Origin: Haliotis rufescens
Lineage: Eukaryota
DNA length: 64,000 bases
Reading direction: 5' to 3'
NCBI RefSeq assembly: GCF_023055435.1
Contig: NW_025963791.1
Location: 21,638,001-21,702,000 of the forward strand
Positions 23,546 to 36,931 of this stretch are shown here, piece after piece. The notes under the pieces were generated by a model that saw only the letters and a list, made by a program, of their open reading frames with translations, ran no database searches and was not told the DNA's origin. Every line of letters starts with the position of its first letter. Position 1 is the first letter of the stretch. A program made the translations under genes and the position numbers.

Positions 23546-23896
23546 TGTGGTGAAGTAAAATGGGGTTCAGCGTCGCGTCCAAGATTATTGCACTTATATA
23601 GCGACGTGCATGCACGTGTATGTGTGTGGCTGCTTGTACTAGTCCGGACTGATGCCGATTTATAGTGCTAGCACACTGAGATACCATGCCGTAGTTTAAC
23701 ATGAATACCCCACTCAGACACAGTATACTGACTCCGAGCCGACCAGTCCTTGTTTTAGCCCCTTAATGCCGAGCGCCAGACAGGGTAACAACAACTACAA
23801 TCTTTTAACGTCTTTTGGTACGACGCGGCTGGGGATCGAATCCCGGACCTTCCGCTCTCCGGGCGGACGCTCTACCACTAGACCACGGAGGCGGTC
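23546..23896 (-). mobile_element. SINE family B, full length
   Basis: Near-identical to 1018-1366; flanks agaat(t)cattggg duplicated. Confidence 0.9.
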
Positions 23897-25412
23897 AGAA
23901 TTCATTGGGAAAGGATTCCATCTTTAAACACATCTAAGAGCACAGTTTCAATGCAGCGCGTAACGAGGAGTAATAAGTCGCTGTGTAGAGTTTTGGTTAC
24001 AAAACAATGACGTTACGAGTCTCCACCAGAATTTGCAAAATAAACAATAGTCTATAACAATATTAGCTTTACTCCAAACCATATTAAATGGTATCCATGC
24101 ACATATTGCTATAAATACACATATGTATGTGCCAATTATCGTTATCAATTTTGTAAATTTAAAAGAAAATAATTACGACTTCTTCGGGAGGGAGGATTTT
24201 ATTCTTTTATTTATTTTTTTAGTTTGTTACAAGCATATAAATGTAAACTTAATCTTGATTCTAATTTAATTTAACAAGCCTTACGTACTTATCCGCTTTT
24301 CACAACTTTCGCCCCTTTACGTGAACCGCGAATTTACCCGGAATGACACGAATGGTCTCGAGTGAGTCTACATCATGAGAAGTATACTTCCGGTGCATCA
24401 GCAATTATTTCGCTGGTTCTGGTAGGAAGTAAGGGCGACTTCTCCACTGGCAGACCAGGCATCGTCAGATGGGAGCTGCATGTGTCCAATTAAGGCCTAT
24501 TGCCGTGTTTCTTTTGAAGTAATTGACTATCAAATGTTGAAGGGAAATATACAAACCCGAGTCGCTCGTCCCCCCCGTTTAATCGTGCTAGTAGTTTCCG
24601 CTTTTCCACCTCCCGGCACATGGACGCTCGTAAACACATCGGGATCTTACATGCCCTAGGGCGGAGCGAGACAATCACGCATATTAGCATACAAAACAAA
24701 ACAAAGATTCGAACCAGGTGTTGCATTCCAGACATAGCTTGCATTTCCGCCGCCACTGGAGTGCCATCAGAGCGTCCCTGGAGTGTCGTCAGATTCAGGT
24801 CATGCTTGTTGGGATGATGAAACCAGGTTGGCATCCTTTCAGCATCTTCCATTATCCAGTGTAGTGTGTCTCCATTACGTTAGTCTCAATTAGTATAAAC
24901 AGAACGGAGATAATAATTATTATAATGCCCTGGGTAACAACCGTTAGTACTGTTTTAGTACTAGGTCTGTTAATTGCAACCAGTGGGTACACGTCAGAAG
25001 ACCAGGGGATGTTTCACAAGACCTTATATTATTCTAGTTGGTTTACGAGACCGACAGACAAAAATGCCTGAAATTAGAAAAAGAAATTAAACTTTGGATA
25101 AAACATTTTTGGCCGCCTCTTGTTTTACAATTAGGAGAAATTGAAAAATGAAATTTTATCACCGCATTTCGTTTCAAATGTTGAATATTACGTATAAAAA
25201 TCAACAAAAATAAACAACAAAAATAAATATATTTTAGTATTATTTCGCAATCGGAGTGATAGTGTAACCTGCAAGTTTTTATTAGTAGCAGTACTAACTT
25301 GGAAGTTGAACAATATTTTAATATATTTTTTCGACCAACGACCAACGAATTTTAGGCCAATCGTTTTGTAAACCAAGTGATAAAAAATAAAAGTCCTTGT
25401 GTAAATAACAGG

Positions 25413-25645
25413 GGTGGGTGAGGTAGTCTATATATTAGTGGTTACAACGTTCGCTCGGTATGCTGAAGGTCCGTGTTAGATTACTCCACTGCTGGAGCGG
25501 CGGGGTGGTTTAGTGGTTACATGTTCGGACGTCACAACGAAGTCCCGGGGTTCGAATCCCCATGGGTACAATACGAGAAACCAATCCCAGAGTCCCCCGT
25601 TGGGATACTGCTGGAATGTTGCTAAAAGCGGCGTATAACCCATCC
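25413..25645 (+). mobile_element. SINE family A, two diverged adjacent pieces
   Basis: Two tRNA-like heads (about 25413 and 25495); tail gctggaatgttgctaaaagcggcgtataacc. Confidence 0.6.
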
Positions 25646-26678
25646 CGATATATAATCCCAAAGTTGTTTTATGTAAGCCATATTTGTTTAGATCTTCAAT
25701 AGACAGTTAACACATCTATGACAGACATTGTTTACCGTTGAACACAAAGAAACACAAAGCGAGTATGTTTTAAGATCACATAACATAGAAAAACTAACCA
25801 TTTTCGTCTTGTTTAACATCTACTCGTCGAACCAAATATGAATCAATTTAGCTCGGGATGACAATGTCTGCGAATGTCTCGCATGCTGTAACCATTACCG
25901 GAGACAATATATTGTTATATAGTTTCTGATATGACGGGACACGTCTGAGTAAAGCATTACTGGCGATGCATGCCGGGACAGGGCGAGTGGAAACGGGTCT
26001 TATAAAAACAGGATTTGTGGACGAACCGACTCCCCGCCCCGTCTAAGGTGTACACACGGCTCCCCATCGCCCCTAGAGACTTGAGACGTATACAGGGAGG
26101 GCTAGGGCAGGTCGGGTTATCATCTAACACCAGTAGACAACTGTTGGGACCATGTTGTGTTATTGTTCCATGTTGTTCGTCCCAGCTGCCTACTGAGGTT
26201 CCAGTCGAAGGGTAGACTTGCACAAGTTTCTAAGGCAATAATTATTAGTTTAAATCATAAGTTCCAGATTATGTACATACTAAGAACAAGTCCTAAGAAC
26301 AAGACTGGAGTCCTTACTGTCAACACATCTAGACTTGCCTATCAGGAGGACAGAATTACTACACATCCATGGACTTTTCTTTCAGTACAACCATGGAGCA
26401 AGGCTATACGAAGGGCTGAGGCGTGTTCACTTCTCACCTACAGATGACTGGAGGCGTTAATACACGCCTACAATCGTCACACGTTTTAGTTGGTTGTTTC
26501 CCATCGCGATCGATCGTAGCTGAAACCATCGTTCCAAAATATAAATAGAGACAATTCTACTTAATATTTAATAAGATACGACTCTAACATTCATTAAAAA
26601 TGTTAAACGCAATAATATTTGCTCAAAGGCAATAATATTAATAATGTGCATACTTATACTGGCTCTGTGTGCATTTTC

Positions 26679-26948
26679 GGGGGCACGGTAGGCCAAGTCG
26701 TCTAAGGCGCCGCGATTCGCTGTGCAGAGTTGCGTCCCTTGGGCACGCCAGAAACCTATGATTATGGGTTCGAATCCCGGTTCGCCCCGATTAAGTTTCT
26801 AGGTTTGTCAGCACAATACCCGTGCTCGTGGGTTTCACCGAAGTGGTAAACGTCTGAGACCTGCATCACTTCGGGCTTTCCTCCCACATTAAGCTGACAC
26901 GCCGTGATATAACTGGAATAAGGTTAAAAGCGGCGTTAACCCAACTCA
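26679..26948 (+). mobile_element. SINE family C, inserted into a family E copy
   Basis: 14-bp TSD ctgtgtgc(a/g)ttttc at 26665-26678 and 26949-26962. Confidence 0.9.
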
Positions 26949-26962
26949 CTGTGTGCGTTTTC

Positions 26963-27110
26963 AGCTTCCTGGGAGTACACAACCAATGCGGCCTGTGAGG
27001 CGCTAGAAGGTTAACAGTCTCATCACCACCTCATCCTACCGGGTACCCATTCACTGCTGGGTGTACAGAGGCGAAAACAGTCACTTGCCTAAGGAGGCAC
27101 CACATGTGCT
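26963..27110 (-). mobile_element. SINE family E fragment
   Basis: ccgggtacccattcactgctgggtg and cttcctgggagtac motifs; homologous to 21355-21430. Confidence 0.45.
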
Positions 27111-27478
27111 ACATGTGTTTTAGTGTGAGCCAGGACCGAAGCTTCAGAAACTCTCAAGAGTCAAGCTGACGAACGCGGTCACCATTCTACTTCGCTCCTC
27201 GACCAACATTGCTAAACTTCACCTGCGTGCTGTACACAGGACCATGTGCCGCCACATATTAACATTAAGTAATTGCCTGATTGGGTTCATGGTTCTGATG
27301 AGGAAACTGTAAGGTGGCTGGCTGTACGTGTGTCGTGGTTTCCATCTGTACACATTCATAAGAAGGCCGGTGGGTTTCTTCTGGAGGACCAGTGTTGTAC
27401 TGCACGTTCTTGGCAGGTGCAAACTTTCACACAACTTACGTCGTGGCAAATTGTGTGGAAGGATTTTATTTGGCTTTT

Positions 27479-30400
27479 GACACACGGGTACAGCATGGAC
27501 ATATATCAGTCCACTGGTTGAAAGACACACGGGTAGAGCAGTGACATATATCAGTCCACTGGTTGAGAGACACACGGGTAGAGCAGTGACATATATCAGT
27601 CCACTGGTTGAGAGACACACGGGTAGAGCAGTGACATATTACAGTCCACTGGTTGAGAGACACACGGGTAGAGCAGTGACATATATCAGTCCACTGGTTG
27701 AGAGACACACGGGTAGAGCAGTGACATATTACAGTCCACTGGTTGAGAGACACACGGGTAGAGCAGTGACATATTACAGTCCACTGGTTGAGAGACACAC
27801 GGGTAGAGCAGGGACATATTACAGTCCACTGTTTGAGAGACACACGGGTAGAGCAGTGACATGTTGCAGTCCACTGGTTGAAAGACACACGGGTAGAGCA
27901 GTGACATATTACAGTCCACTGGTTGAGAGACACACGGGTAGAGCAGGGACATATTACAGTCCACTGGTTGAAAGACACACGGGTAGAGCAGTGACATATC
28001 ACAGTCCACTGGTTGAGAGACACACGGGTAGAGCAGGGACATATTACAGTCCACTGGTTGAGAGACACACGGGTAGAGCAGTGACATATTACAGTCCACT
28101 GGTTGAGAGACACACGGGTAGAGCAGGGACATATTACAGTCCACTGGTTGAAAGACACACGGGTAGAGCAGTGACATATTACAGTCCACTGGTTGAGAGA
28201 CACACGGGTAGAGCAGTGACATATTACAGTCCACTGGTTGAAAGACACACGGGTAGAGCAGTGACATATTACAGTTTACTGGTTGAGAGACACACGGGTA
28301 GAACAGGGACATATTACAGTTTACTGGTTGAAAGACACACGGGTAGAGCAGGGACATATTACAGTCCACTGGTTGAAAGACACACGGGTAGAGCAGGGAC
28401 ATATTACAGTCCACTGGTTGAAAGACACACGGGTAGAGCAGTGACATATTACAGTCCACTGGTTGAGAGACACACGGGTAGAGCAGTGACATATTACAGT
28501 CCACTGGTTGAAAGACACACGGGTAGAGCAGTGACATATTACAGTTTACTGGTTGAGAGACACACGGGTAGAGCAGTGACATATTACAGTCCAATGGTTG
28601 AAAGACACACGGGTAGAGCAGTGACATATTACAGTTTACTGGTTGAGAGACACACGGGTAGAACAGGGACATATTACAGTCCACTGGTTGAAAGACACAC
28701 GGGTAGAGCAGGGACATATTACAGTCCACTGGTTGAAAGACACACGGGTAGAGCAGTGACATATTACAGTCCACTGGTTGAGAGACACACGGGTAGAGCA
28801 GTGACATATTACAGTCCACTGGTTGAAAGACACACGGGTAGAGCAGTGACATATTACAGTTTACTGGTTGAGAGACACACGGGTAGAGCAGTGACATATT
28901 ACAGTCCACTGGTTGAAAGACACACGGGTAGAGCAGTGACATATTACAGTTTACTGGTTGAGAGACACACGGGTACAGCAGGGACATATTACAGTCCACT
29001 GGTTGAGAGACACACGGGTAGAGCAGTGACATATACAGTCCACTGGTTGAAAGACACACGGGTAGAGCAGTGACATATCACAGTCCACTGGTTGAGAGAC
29101 ACACGGGTGGAACAGTGACATATCACAGTCCACTGGTTGAAAGACACACGGGTAGAGCAGTGACATATTACAGTCCACTGGTTGAAAGACACACGGGTAG
29201 AGCAGTGACATATTACAGTCCACTGGTTGAAAGACACACGGGTAGAGCAGTGACATATTACAGTCCACTGGTTGAGAGACACACGGGTGGAGCAGTGACA
29301 TATTACAGTCCACTGGTTGAGAGACACACGGGTAGAGCAGTGACATATTACAGTTTACTGGTTGAGAGACCCACGGGTAGAGCAGTGACATATTACAGTT
29401 TACTGGTTGAGAGACACACGGGTAGAGCAGGGACATATATCAGTCCACTGGTTGAGAGACACACGGGTAGAGCAGTGACATATATCAGTCCACTGGTTGA
29501 GAGACACACGGGTAGAGCAGTGACATATTACAGTTTACTGGTTGAGAGACACACGGGTAGAGCAGTGACATATTACAGTTTACTGGTTGAGAGACACACG
29601 GGTAGAGCAGTGACATATTACAGTCCACTGGTTGAGAGACACACGGGTAGAGCAGTGACATATCACAGTCCACTGGTTGAAAGACACACGGGTACAGCAG
29701 TGACATATTACAGTTTACTGGTTGAAAGACACACGGGTAGAGCAGTGACATATTACAGTCCACTGGTTGAGAGACACACGGGTAGAACAGTGACATATCA
29801 CAGTCCACTGGTTGAGAGACACACGGGTAGAACAGTGACATATATCAGTCCACTGGTTGAGAGACACACGGGTAGAGCAGTGACATATTACAGTCCACTG
29901 GTTGGGAGACACACGGGTAGAGCAGTGACATATCACAGTCCACTGGTTGAGAGACACACGGGTAGAGCAGTGACATATCACAGTCCACTGGTTGAGAGAC
30001 ACACGGGTACAGCAGTGACATATTACAGTCCACTGGTTGAAAGACACATGGGTAGAGCAGTGACATATTACAGTCCACTGGTTGAAAGACACACGGGTAG
30101 AGCAGTGACATATTACAGTCCACTGGTTGAGAGACACACGGGTAGAACAGTGACATATCACAGTCCACTGGTTGAGAGACACACGGGTAGAGCAGTGACA
30201 TATTACAGTCCACTGGTTGAAAGACACACGGGTACAGCAGTGACATATTACAGTCCACTGGTTGAAAGACACACGGGTAGAGCAGTGACATATTACAGTC
30301 CACTGGTTGAGAGACACACGGGTAGAACAGTGACATATCACAGTCCACTGGTTGAGAGACACACGGGTAGAGCAGTGACATATTACAGTCCACTGGTTGA

Positions 30401-33400
30401 AAGACACACGGGTACAGCAGTGACATATTACAGTCCACTGGTTGAGAGACACACGGGTAGAGCAGGGACATATATCAGTCCACTGGTTGAAAGACACACG
30501 GGTAGAACAGTGACATATTACAGTCCACTGGTTGAGAGACACACGGGTAGAGCAGGGACATATTACAGTCCACTGGTTGAAAGACACACGGGTAGAGCAG
30601 GGACATATTACAGTCCACTGGTTGAGAGACACACGGGTAGAGCAGGGACATATTACAGTCCACTGGTTGAAAGACACACGGGTAGAGCAGGGACATATTA
30701 CAGTCCACTGGTTGAGAGACACACGGGTAGAGCAGGGACATATTACAGTCCACTGGTTGAAAGACACACGGGTAGAACAGTGACATATTACAGTCCACTG
30801 CTTGAGAGACACACGGGTAGAGCAGGGACATATTACAGTCCACTGGTTGAAAGACACACGGGTAGAGCAGGGACATATTACAGTCCACTGGTTGAGAGAC
30901 ACACGGGTAGAGCAGGGACATATTACAGTCCACTGGTTGAAAGACACACGGGTAGAGCAGTGACATATTACAGTCCACTGGTTGAGAGACACACGGGTAG
31001 AGCAGTGACATATATCAGTCCACTGGTTGAGAGACACACGGGTAGAGCAGGGACATATTACAGTCCACTGGTTGAAAGACACACGGGTAGAACAGTGACA
31101 TATTACAGTCCACTGGTTGAGAGACACACGGGTAGAGCAGGGACATATTACAGTCCACTGGTTGAAAGACACACGGGTAGAGCAGGGACATATTACAGTC
31201 CACTGGTTGAGAGACACACGGGTAGAGCAGGGACATATTACAGTCCACTGGTTGAGAGACACACGGGTAGAGCAGGGACATATTACAGTCCACTGGTTGA
31301 GAGACACACGGGTAGAGCAGGGACATATTACAGTCCACTGGTTGAGAGACACACGGGTAGAGCAGGGACATATTACAGTCCACTGGTTGAAAGACACACG
31401 GGTAGAGCAGTGACATATTACAGTCCACTGGTTGAGAGACACACGGGTAGAGCAGGGACATATTACAGTCCACTGGTTGAAAGACACACGGGTAGAGCAG
31501 TGACATATTACAGTCCACTGGTTGAGAGACACACGGGTACAGCAGTGACATATTACAGTCCACTGGTTGAGAGACACACGGGTAGAGCAGTGACATATAT
31601 CAGTCCACTGGTTGAAAGACACACGGGTAGAGCAGTGACATATATCAGTCCACTGGTTGAGAGACACACGGGTAGAGCAGGGACATATATCAGTCCACTG
31701 GTTGAGAGACACACGGGTAGAGCAGTGACATATATCAGTCCACTGGTTGAGAGACACACGGGTAGAGCAGTGACATATTACAGTCCACTGGTTGAGAGAC
31801 ACACGGGTAGAGCAGTGACATATTACAGTTTACTGGTTGAGAGACACACGGGTAGAGCAGTGACATATTACAGTCCACTGGTTGAGAGACACACGGGTAG
31901 AGCAGTGACATATTACAGTCCACTGGTTGAGAGACACACGGGTAGAGCAGTGACATATTACAGTCCACTGGTTGAGAGACACACGGGTAGAGCAGTGACA
32001 TATTACAGTCCACTGGTTGAGAGACACACGGGTAGAGCAGTGACATATTACAGTCCACTGGTTGAGAGACACACGGGTAGAGCAGGGACATATTACAGTC
32101 CACTGGTTGAGAGACAGGCGGGTAGATCAGTGACATATTACAGTTTACTGGTTGAGAGACACACGGGTAGAGCAGTGACATATTACAGTTTACTGGTTGA
32201 GAGACAGGCGGGTAGATCAGTGACATATTTCAGTCCACTGGTTGAGAGACACACGGGTAGAGCAGTGACATATTACAGTCCACTGGTTGAGAGACACACG
32301 GGTAGAGCAGTGACATATTACAGTCCACTGGTTGAGAGACACACGGGTAGAGCAGTGACATATTACAGTCCACTGGTTGAGAGACACACGGGTAGAGCAG
32401 TGACATATTACAGTCCACTGGTTGAGAGACACACGGGTAGAGCAGTGACATATTACAGTCCACTGGTTGAGAGACACACGGGTAGAGCAGTGACATATTA
32501 CAGTCCACTGGTTGAGAGACACACGGGTGGGACATTGACATATTACAGTCCACTGGTTGAGACACACACGACTAGAACAGTGACTTATCACAGTCCACTG
32601 GTTGAGAGACACACGGGTAGAACAGTGACATATTACAGTCCACTGGTTGACAGACACACGGGTGGGACATTGACATATTACAGTCCACTGGTTGAGACAC
32701 ACACGACTAGAACAGTGACTTATCACAGTCCACTGGTTGAAAGACACACGGGTAGAACAGTGACATATCACAGTCCACTGGTTGAGAGACACAAGGGTAG
32801 AACAGTGACTTATCACAGTCCACTGGTTGAGAGACACACGGGTAGAACAGTGACATATTACAGTCCACTGGTTGAGAGACACAAGGGTAGAACAGTGACT
32901 TATCACAGTCCACTGGTTGAGAGACACACGGGTAGAACAGTGACATATTACAGTCCACTGGTTGACAGACACACGGGTAAAACAGTGACATATCACAGTC
33001 CACTGTTTGAGACACACGGGTAGAACAGTGACTTATCACAGTCCACTGTTTGAGAGACACACGGGTAGAACAGTGACATATCACAGTCCACTGGTTGAGA
33101 GACACCCGGGTAGAACAGTGACATATCACAGTCCACTGTTTGAGAGACACACACGGGTAGAACAGTGACTTATCACAGTCCACTGGTTGAGACACACACG
33201 ACTAGAACAGTGACTTATCACAGTCCACTGTTTGAGAGACACACGGGTAGAACAGTGACATATCACAGTCCACTGTTTGAGAGACACACGGGTAGAACAG
33301 TGACATATCACAGTCCACTGTTTGAGAGACACACGGGTAGAACAGTGACATATCACAGTCCACTGGTTGAGAGACACACGGGTAGAACAGTGACATATCA

Positions 33401-35591
33401 TAGTCCACTGGTTGAGACACACACGGGTAGAACAGTGACATATCACAGTCCACTGTTTGAGAGACACACGGGTAGGACAGTGACATATGACAGTCCACTG
33501 TTTGAGAGACACACGGGTAGAACAGTGACATATCACAGTCCACTGTTTGAGAGACACACGGGTAGAACAGTGACATATTACAGTCCACTGGTTGACAGAC
33601 ACACGGGTAAAACAGTGACATATCACAGTCCACTGGTTGAGAGACACACGGGTAGAACAGTGACATATCACAGTCCACTGTTTGAGAGACACACGGGTAG
33701 AACAGTGACATATTACAGTCCACTGGTTGACAGACACACGGGTAAAACAGTGACATATCACAGTCCACTGTTTGAGAGACACACGGGTAGAACAGTGACA
33801 TATCACAGTCCACTGGTTGAGAGACACACGGGTAGAACAGTGACATATCAAAGTCCACTGTTTGAGAGACACACGGGTAGAACAGTGACATATCACAGTC
33901 CACTGTTTGAGAGACACACGGGTAGAACAGTGACATATCACAGTCCACTGTTTGAGAGACACACGGGTAGAAAAGTGACATATCACAGTCCATTGGTCGA
34001 GAGACACACGGGTAGAACAGTGACATATTACAGTCCACTGGTTGAGACACACACGACTAGAACAGTGACATATCACAGTCCACTGGTTGAGTGACACACG
34101 TGTAAAACAGTGACATATCACAGTCCACTGGTTGACAGACACACGGGTAAAACAGTGACATATCACAGTCCACTGGTTGAGAGACACACGGGTAGAACAG
34201 TGACATATCACAGTCCACTGGTTGAAAGACGCAGGTAGAACAGTGACATATCACAGTCCACTGGTTGAGAGACACACGGGTAAAACAGTGACATATCACA
34301 GTCCACTGGTTGAAAGACGCAGGTAGAACAGTGACATATCACAGTCCACTGTTTGAGAGACACACGGGTAGAACAGTGACATATCACAGTCCACTGGTTG
34401 AGAGACACGCGGGTAGAACAGTGACATATCACAGTCCACTGGTTGACAGACACACGGGTAAAACAGTGACATATTACAGTCCACTGGTTGAGACACACAC
34501 GACTAGAACAGTGGCATATCACAGTCCACTGGTTGAGAGACACACGGGTAAAACAGTGGCATATCACAGTCCACTGTTTGAGAGACACACGGGTAGAACA
34601 GTGACATATCACAGTCCACTGGTTGAAAGACGCAGGTAGAGCAGTGACATATTACAGTCCACTGGTTGAGAGACACACGGGTCAAACAGTGGCATATCAC
34701 AGTCCACTGGTTGAGAGACACACGGGTAGAACAGTGGCATATCACAGTCCACTGGTTGAGAGACACACGGGTAAAACAGTGGCATATATCAGTCCACTGG
34801 TTGAGAGACACACGGGTAGAACAGTGACTTATCACTGTCCACTGGTTGAGAGACACACGGGTAGAACAGTGGCATATCACAGTCCACTGTTTGAGAGACA
34901 CACGGGTAGAGCAGTGACATATCACAGTCCACTGGTTGACAGACACACGGGTAAAACAGTGACATATCACAGTCCACTGGTTGAAAGACGCAGGTAGAAC
35001 AGTGACATATCAAAGTCCACTGGTTGACAGACACACGGGTAAAACAGTGTCATATCACAGTCCACTGGTTGAAAGACGCAGGTAGAACAGTGACATATCA
35101 CAGTCCACTGTTTGAGAGACACACGGGTAGAACAGTGACATATCACAGTCCACTGGTTGAGAGACACACGGGTAGAACAGTGACATATCACAGTCCACTG
35201 GTTGAGAGACACGCGGGTAGAACAGTGACATATCACAGTCCACTGGTTGACAGACACACGGGTAAAACAGTGACTTATCACAGTCCACTGGTTGAAAGAC
35301 GCAGGTAGAACAGGGACATATCACAGTCCACTGTTTGAGAGACACACGGGTAGAACAGTGACATATCACAGTCCACTGGTTGAGAGACACACGGGTAGAA
35401 CAGTGACATATCACAGTCCACTGGTTGACAGACACACGGGTAAAACAGTGACATATTACAGTCCACTGGTTGAGACACACACGACTAGAACAGTGACATA
35501 TCACAGTCCACTGGTTGAGTGACACACGGGTAAAACAGTGACATATCACAGTCCACTGGTTGAGAGACACACGGGTAGAACAGTGACATAT
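27479..35591. repeat. 45-bp minisatellite array, about 180 units
   Basis: Unit gagacacacgggtagagcagtgacatattacagtccactggttga with recurrent variants. Confidence 0.98.
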
Positions 35592-35600
35592 TAGTCAACC

Positions 35601-35709
35601 GGGTGCCGTTGTACAGAGCGATCTTAGCGCTAAGATGGTCGTCACTCCGATACCTGAACATAGACTTACGACAGTCGTAGGGCTAAGGTTGTTTTGTATA
35701 ACGGCACCC
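35601..35709. mobile_element. short palindromic MITE (Harbinger-like)
   Basis: TIR gggtgccgttgtaca / tgtataacggcaccc with extended internal symmetry. Confidence 0.7.
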
Positions 35710-36239
35710 TGATCTCTTTGCCTCCCCAGACAAGTCAAATAGGATGAGAGCGGGTTGGCGTATGCCACGGTCACTATTTAAACAATAAACGCACTCGCGT
35801 CACACATGTAGAGAGGCAACAAGCGTGACAGCTGTTTTTGCACAAACATCACTCTTCATATAGGCACTTTGTCAACGAAATAGTTTCTTTTCATGGTTGA
35901 CCTGTTACATCCAACGTGCATGTCATTATCTGGTTTGTATCATACCATACTAATATTGTGTTGTCCCAGTTTGTTTCCCTGGTTGACTACGCTTTAAGTA
36001 TGCTGAAACAATTGAAAACGCAGATTCGATTTTTTTGTAATATTTGGCAGAAATAGCCGCAAAAATCAAATTAAATCGTTCTGTGTATTCAGTTATGAAA
36101 TTATCAAACTCAACAATGTCGTCGTTCGGGTTCGAATGTCAGTCAATGTGTTTCGAGATGGGCTTGAGCACAAGACATATCTTGTCTGATGCGTGAAAGT
36201 TGATTATGTGTTTTCGTTGTGTGTCAGAATACTACTTTT

Positions 36240-36605
36240 TATGTTCAGCAATATTCCAGCTATATGACGGCGGTCTATAAACGATCAAATCTGGACCAGA
36301 TAATCCAGTGATTGATATCATGAGCATCGATCCAGGCAATCGGGATACGATGACGAGCATTAACCAAGTCAGCGAACCTAACCACCCGATCCCGTTAGTC
36401 TCTTACGAAAAGCATAGTCGCCTTTTGCGGCAAGCATGGGTTGCTGAAGACCTATTCTACCCCGTATCTTCATAGGTCTTCTTTGGTGTTTTGATTGTTT
36501 GTTTGGTTGGTTGTTTAACGCCGCACCCAGCAATATTCCAGCTTTATGACGGCGGTCTGTCAATAATCGAGTCTGGACCAGACAATCCAGTGATTGACAT
36601 CATGG
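36240..36605 (-). mobile_element. two tandem family D copies (about 36240-36475 and 36495-36605)
   Basis: Match to family D. Confidence 0.8.
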
Positions 36606-36769
36606 ACGTAACAGGGTTAATAGGTTAAGGCACTTCAGAACCTTGTACATCGCATTTAATATTTTTTTCAATAATCGCTTTATATTTACAAAAAATGTCA
36701 TTTGCGGACGTTATTCAAACCCCAAAATGATACATAGCAGAAATGATACATTGAAAGTCTTACATTAGA

Positions 36770-36931
36770 GTGAGTGAGTATGGTTTTACGCCGCTTTTAG
36801 CAATATTCCAGCAATATCACGGCGGGGGACACCAGAAATGGGCTTCACACATTGTACCAATGTTGGGAATCGAACCCGGGTCTTCGGCGTGACGAGCGAA
36901 CGCTTTAACCACTAAGCTACCCGACCGCCCC
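36770..36931 (-). mobile_element. SINE family A, full length and young
   Basis: 12-bp TSD tcttacattaga at 36758-36769 and 36932-36943. Confidence 0.92.

Noticed and set aside
25887-26480. Possible solo LTR (TG...CA, TATA-like cttataaaaa)
   Set aside because: No matching TSD, PBS or second copy in the window.
27220-27470. Unique, protein-like minus-strand segment next to the 45-mer array
   Set aside because: No clear acceptor or frame and no recognisable domain.
27466-35570. Long ORFs up to 1317 aa on both strands
   Set aside because: Translations of a 45-bp tandem repeat; frames break at indels (about 29035, 33015, 34230) and no splice or domain context is visible.
27479-35591. CRISPR-like regular repeat
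   Set aside because: Units are contiguous with no unique spacers, there are no cas genes, and the context is eukaryotic.
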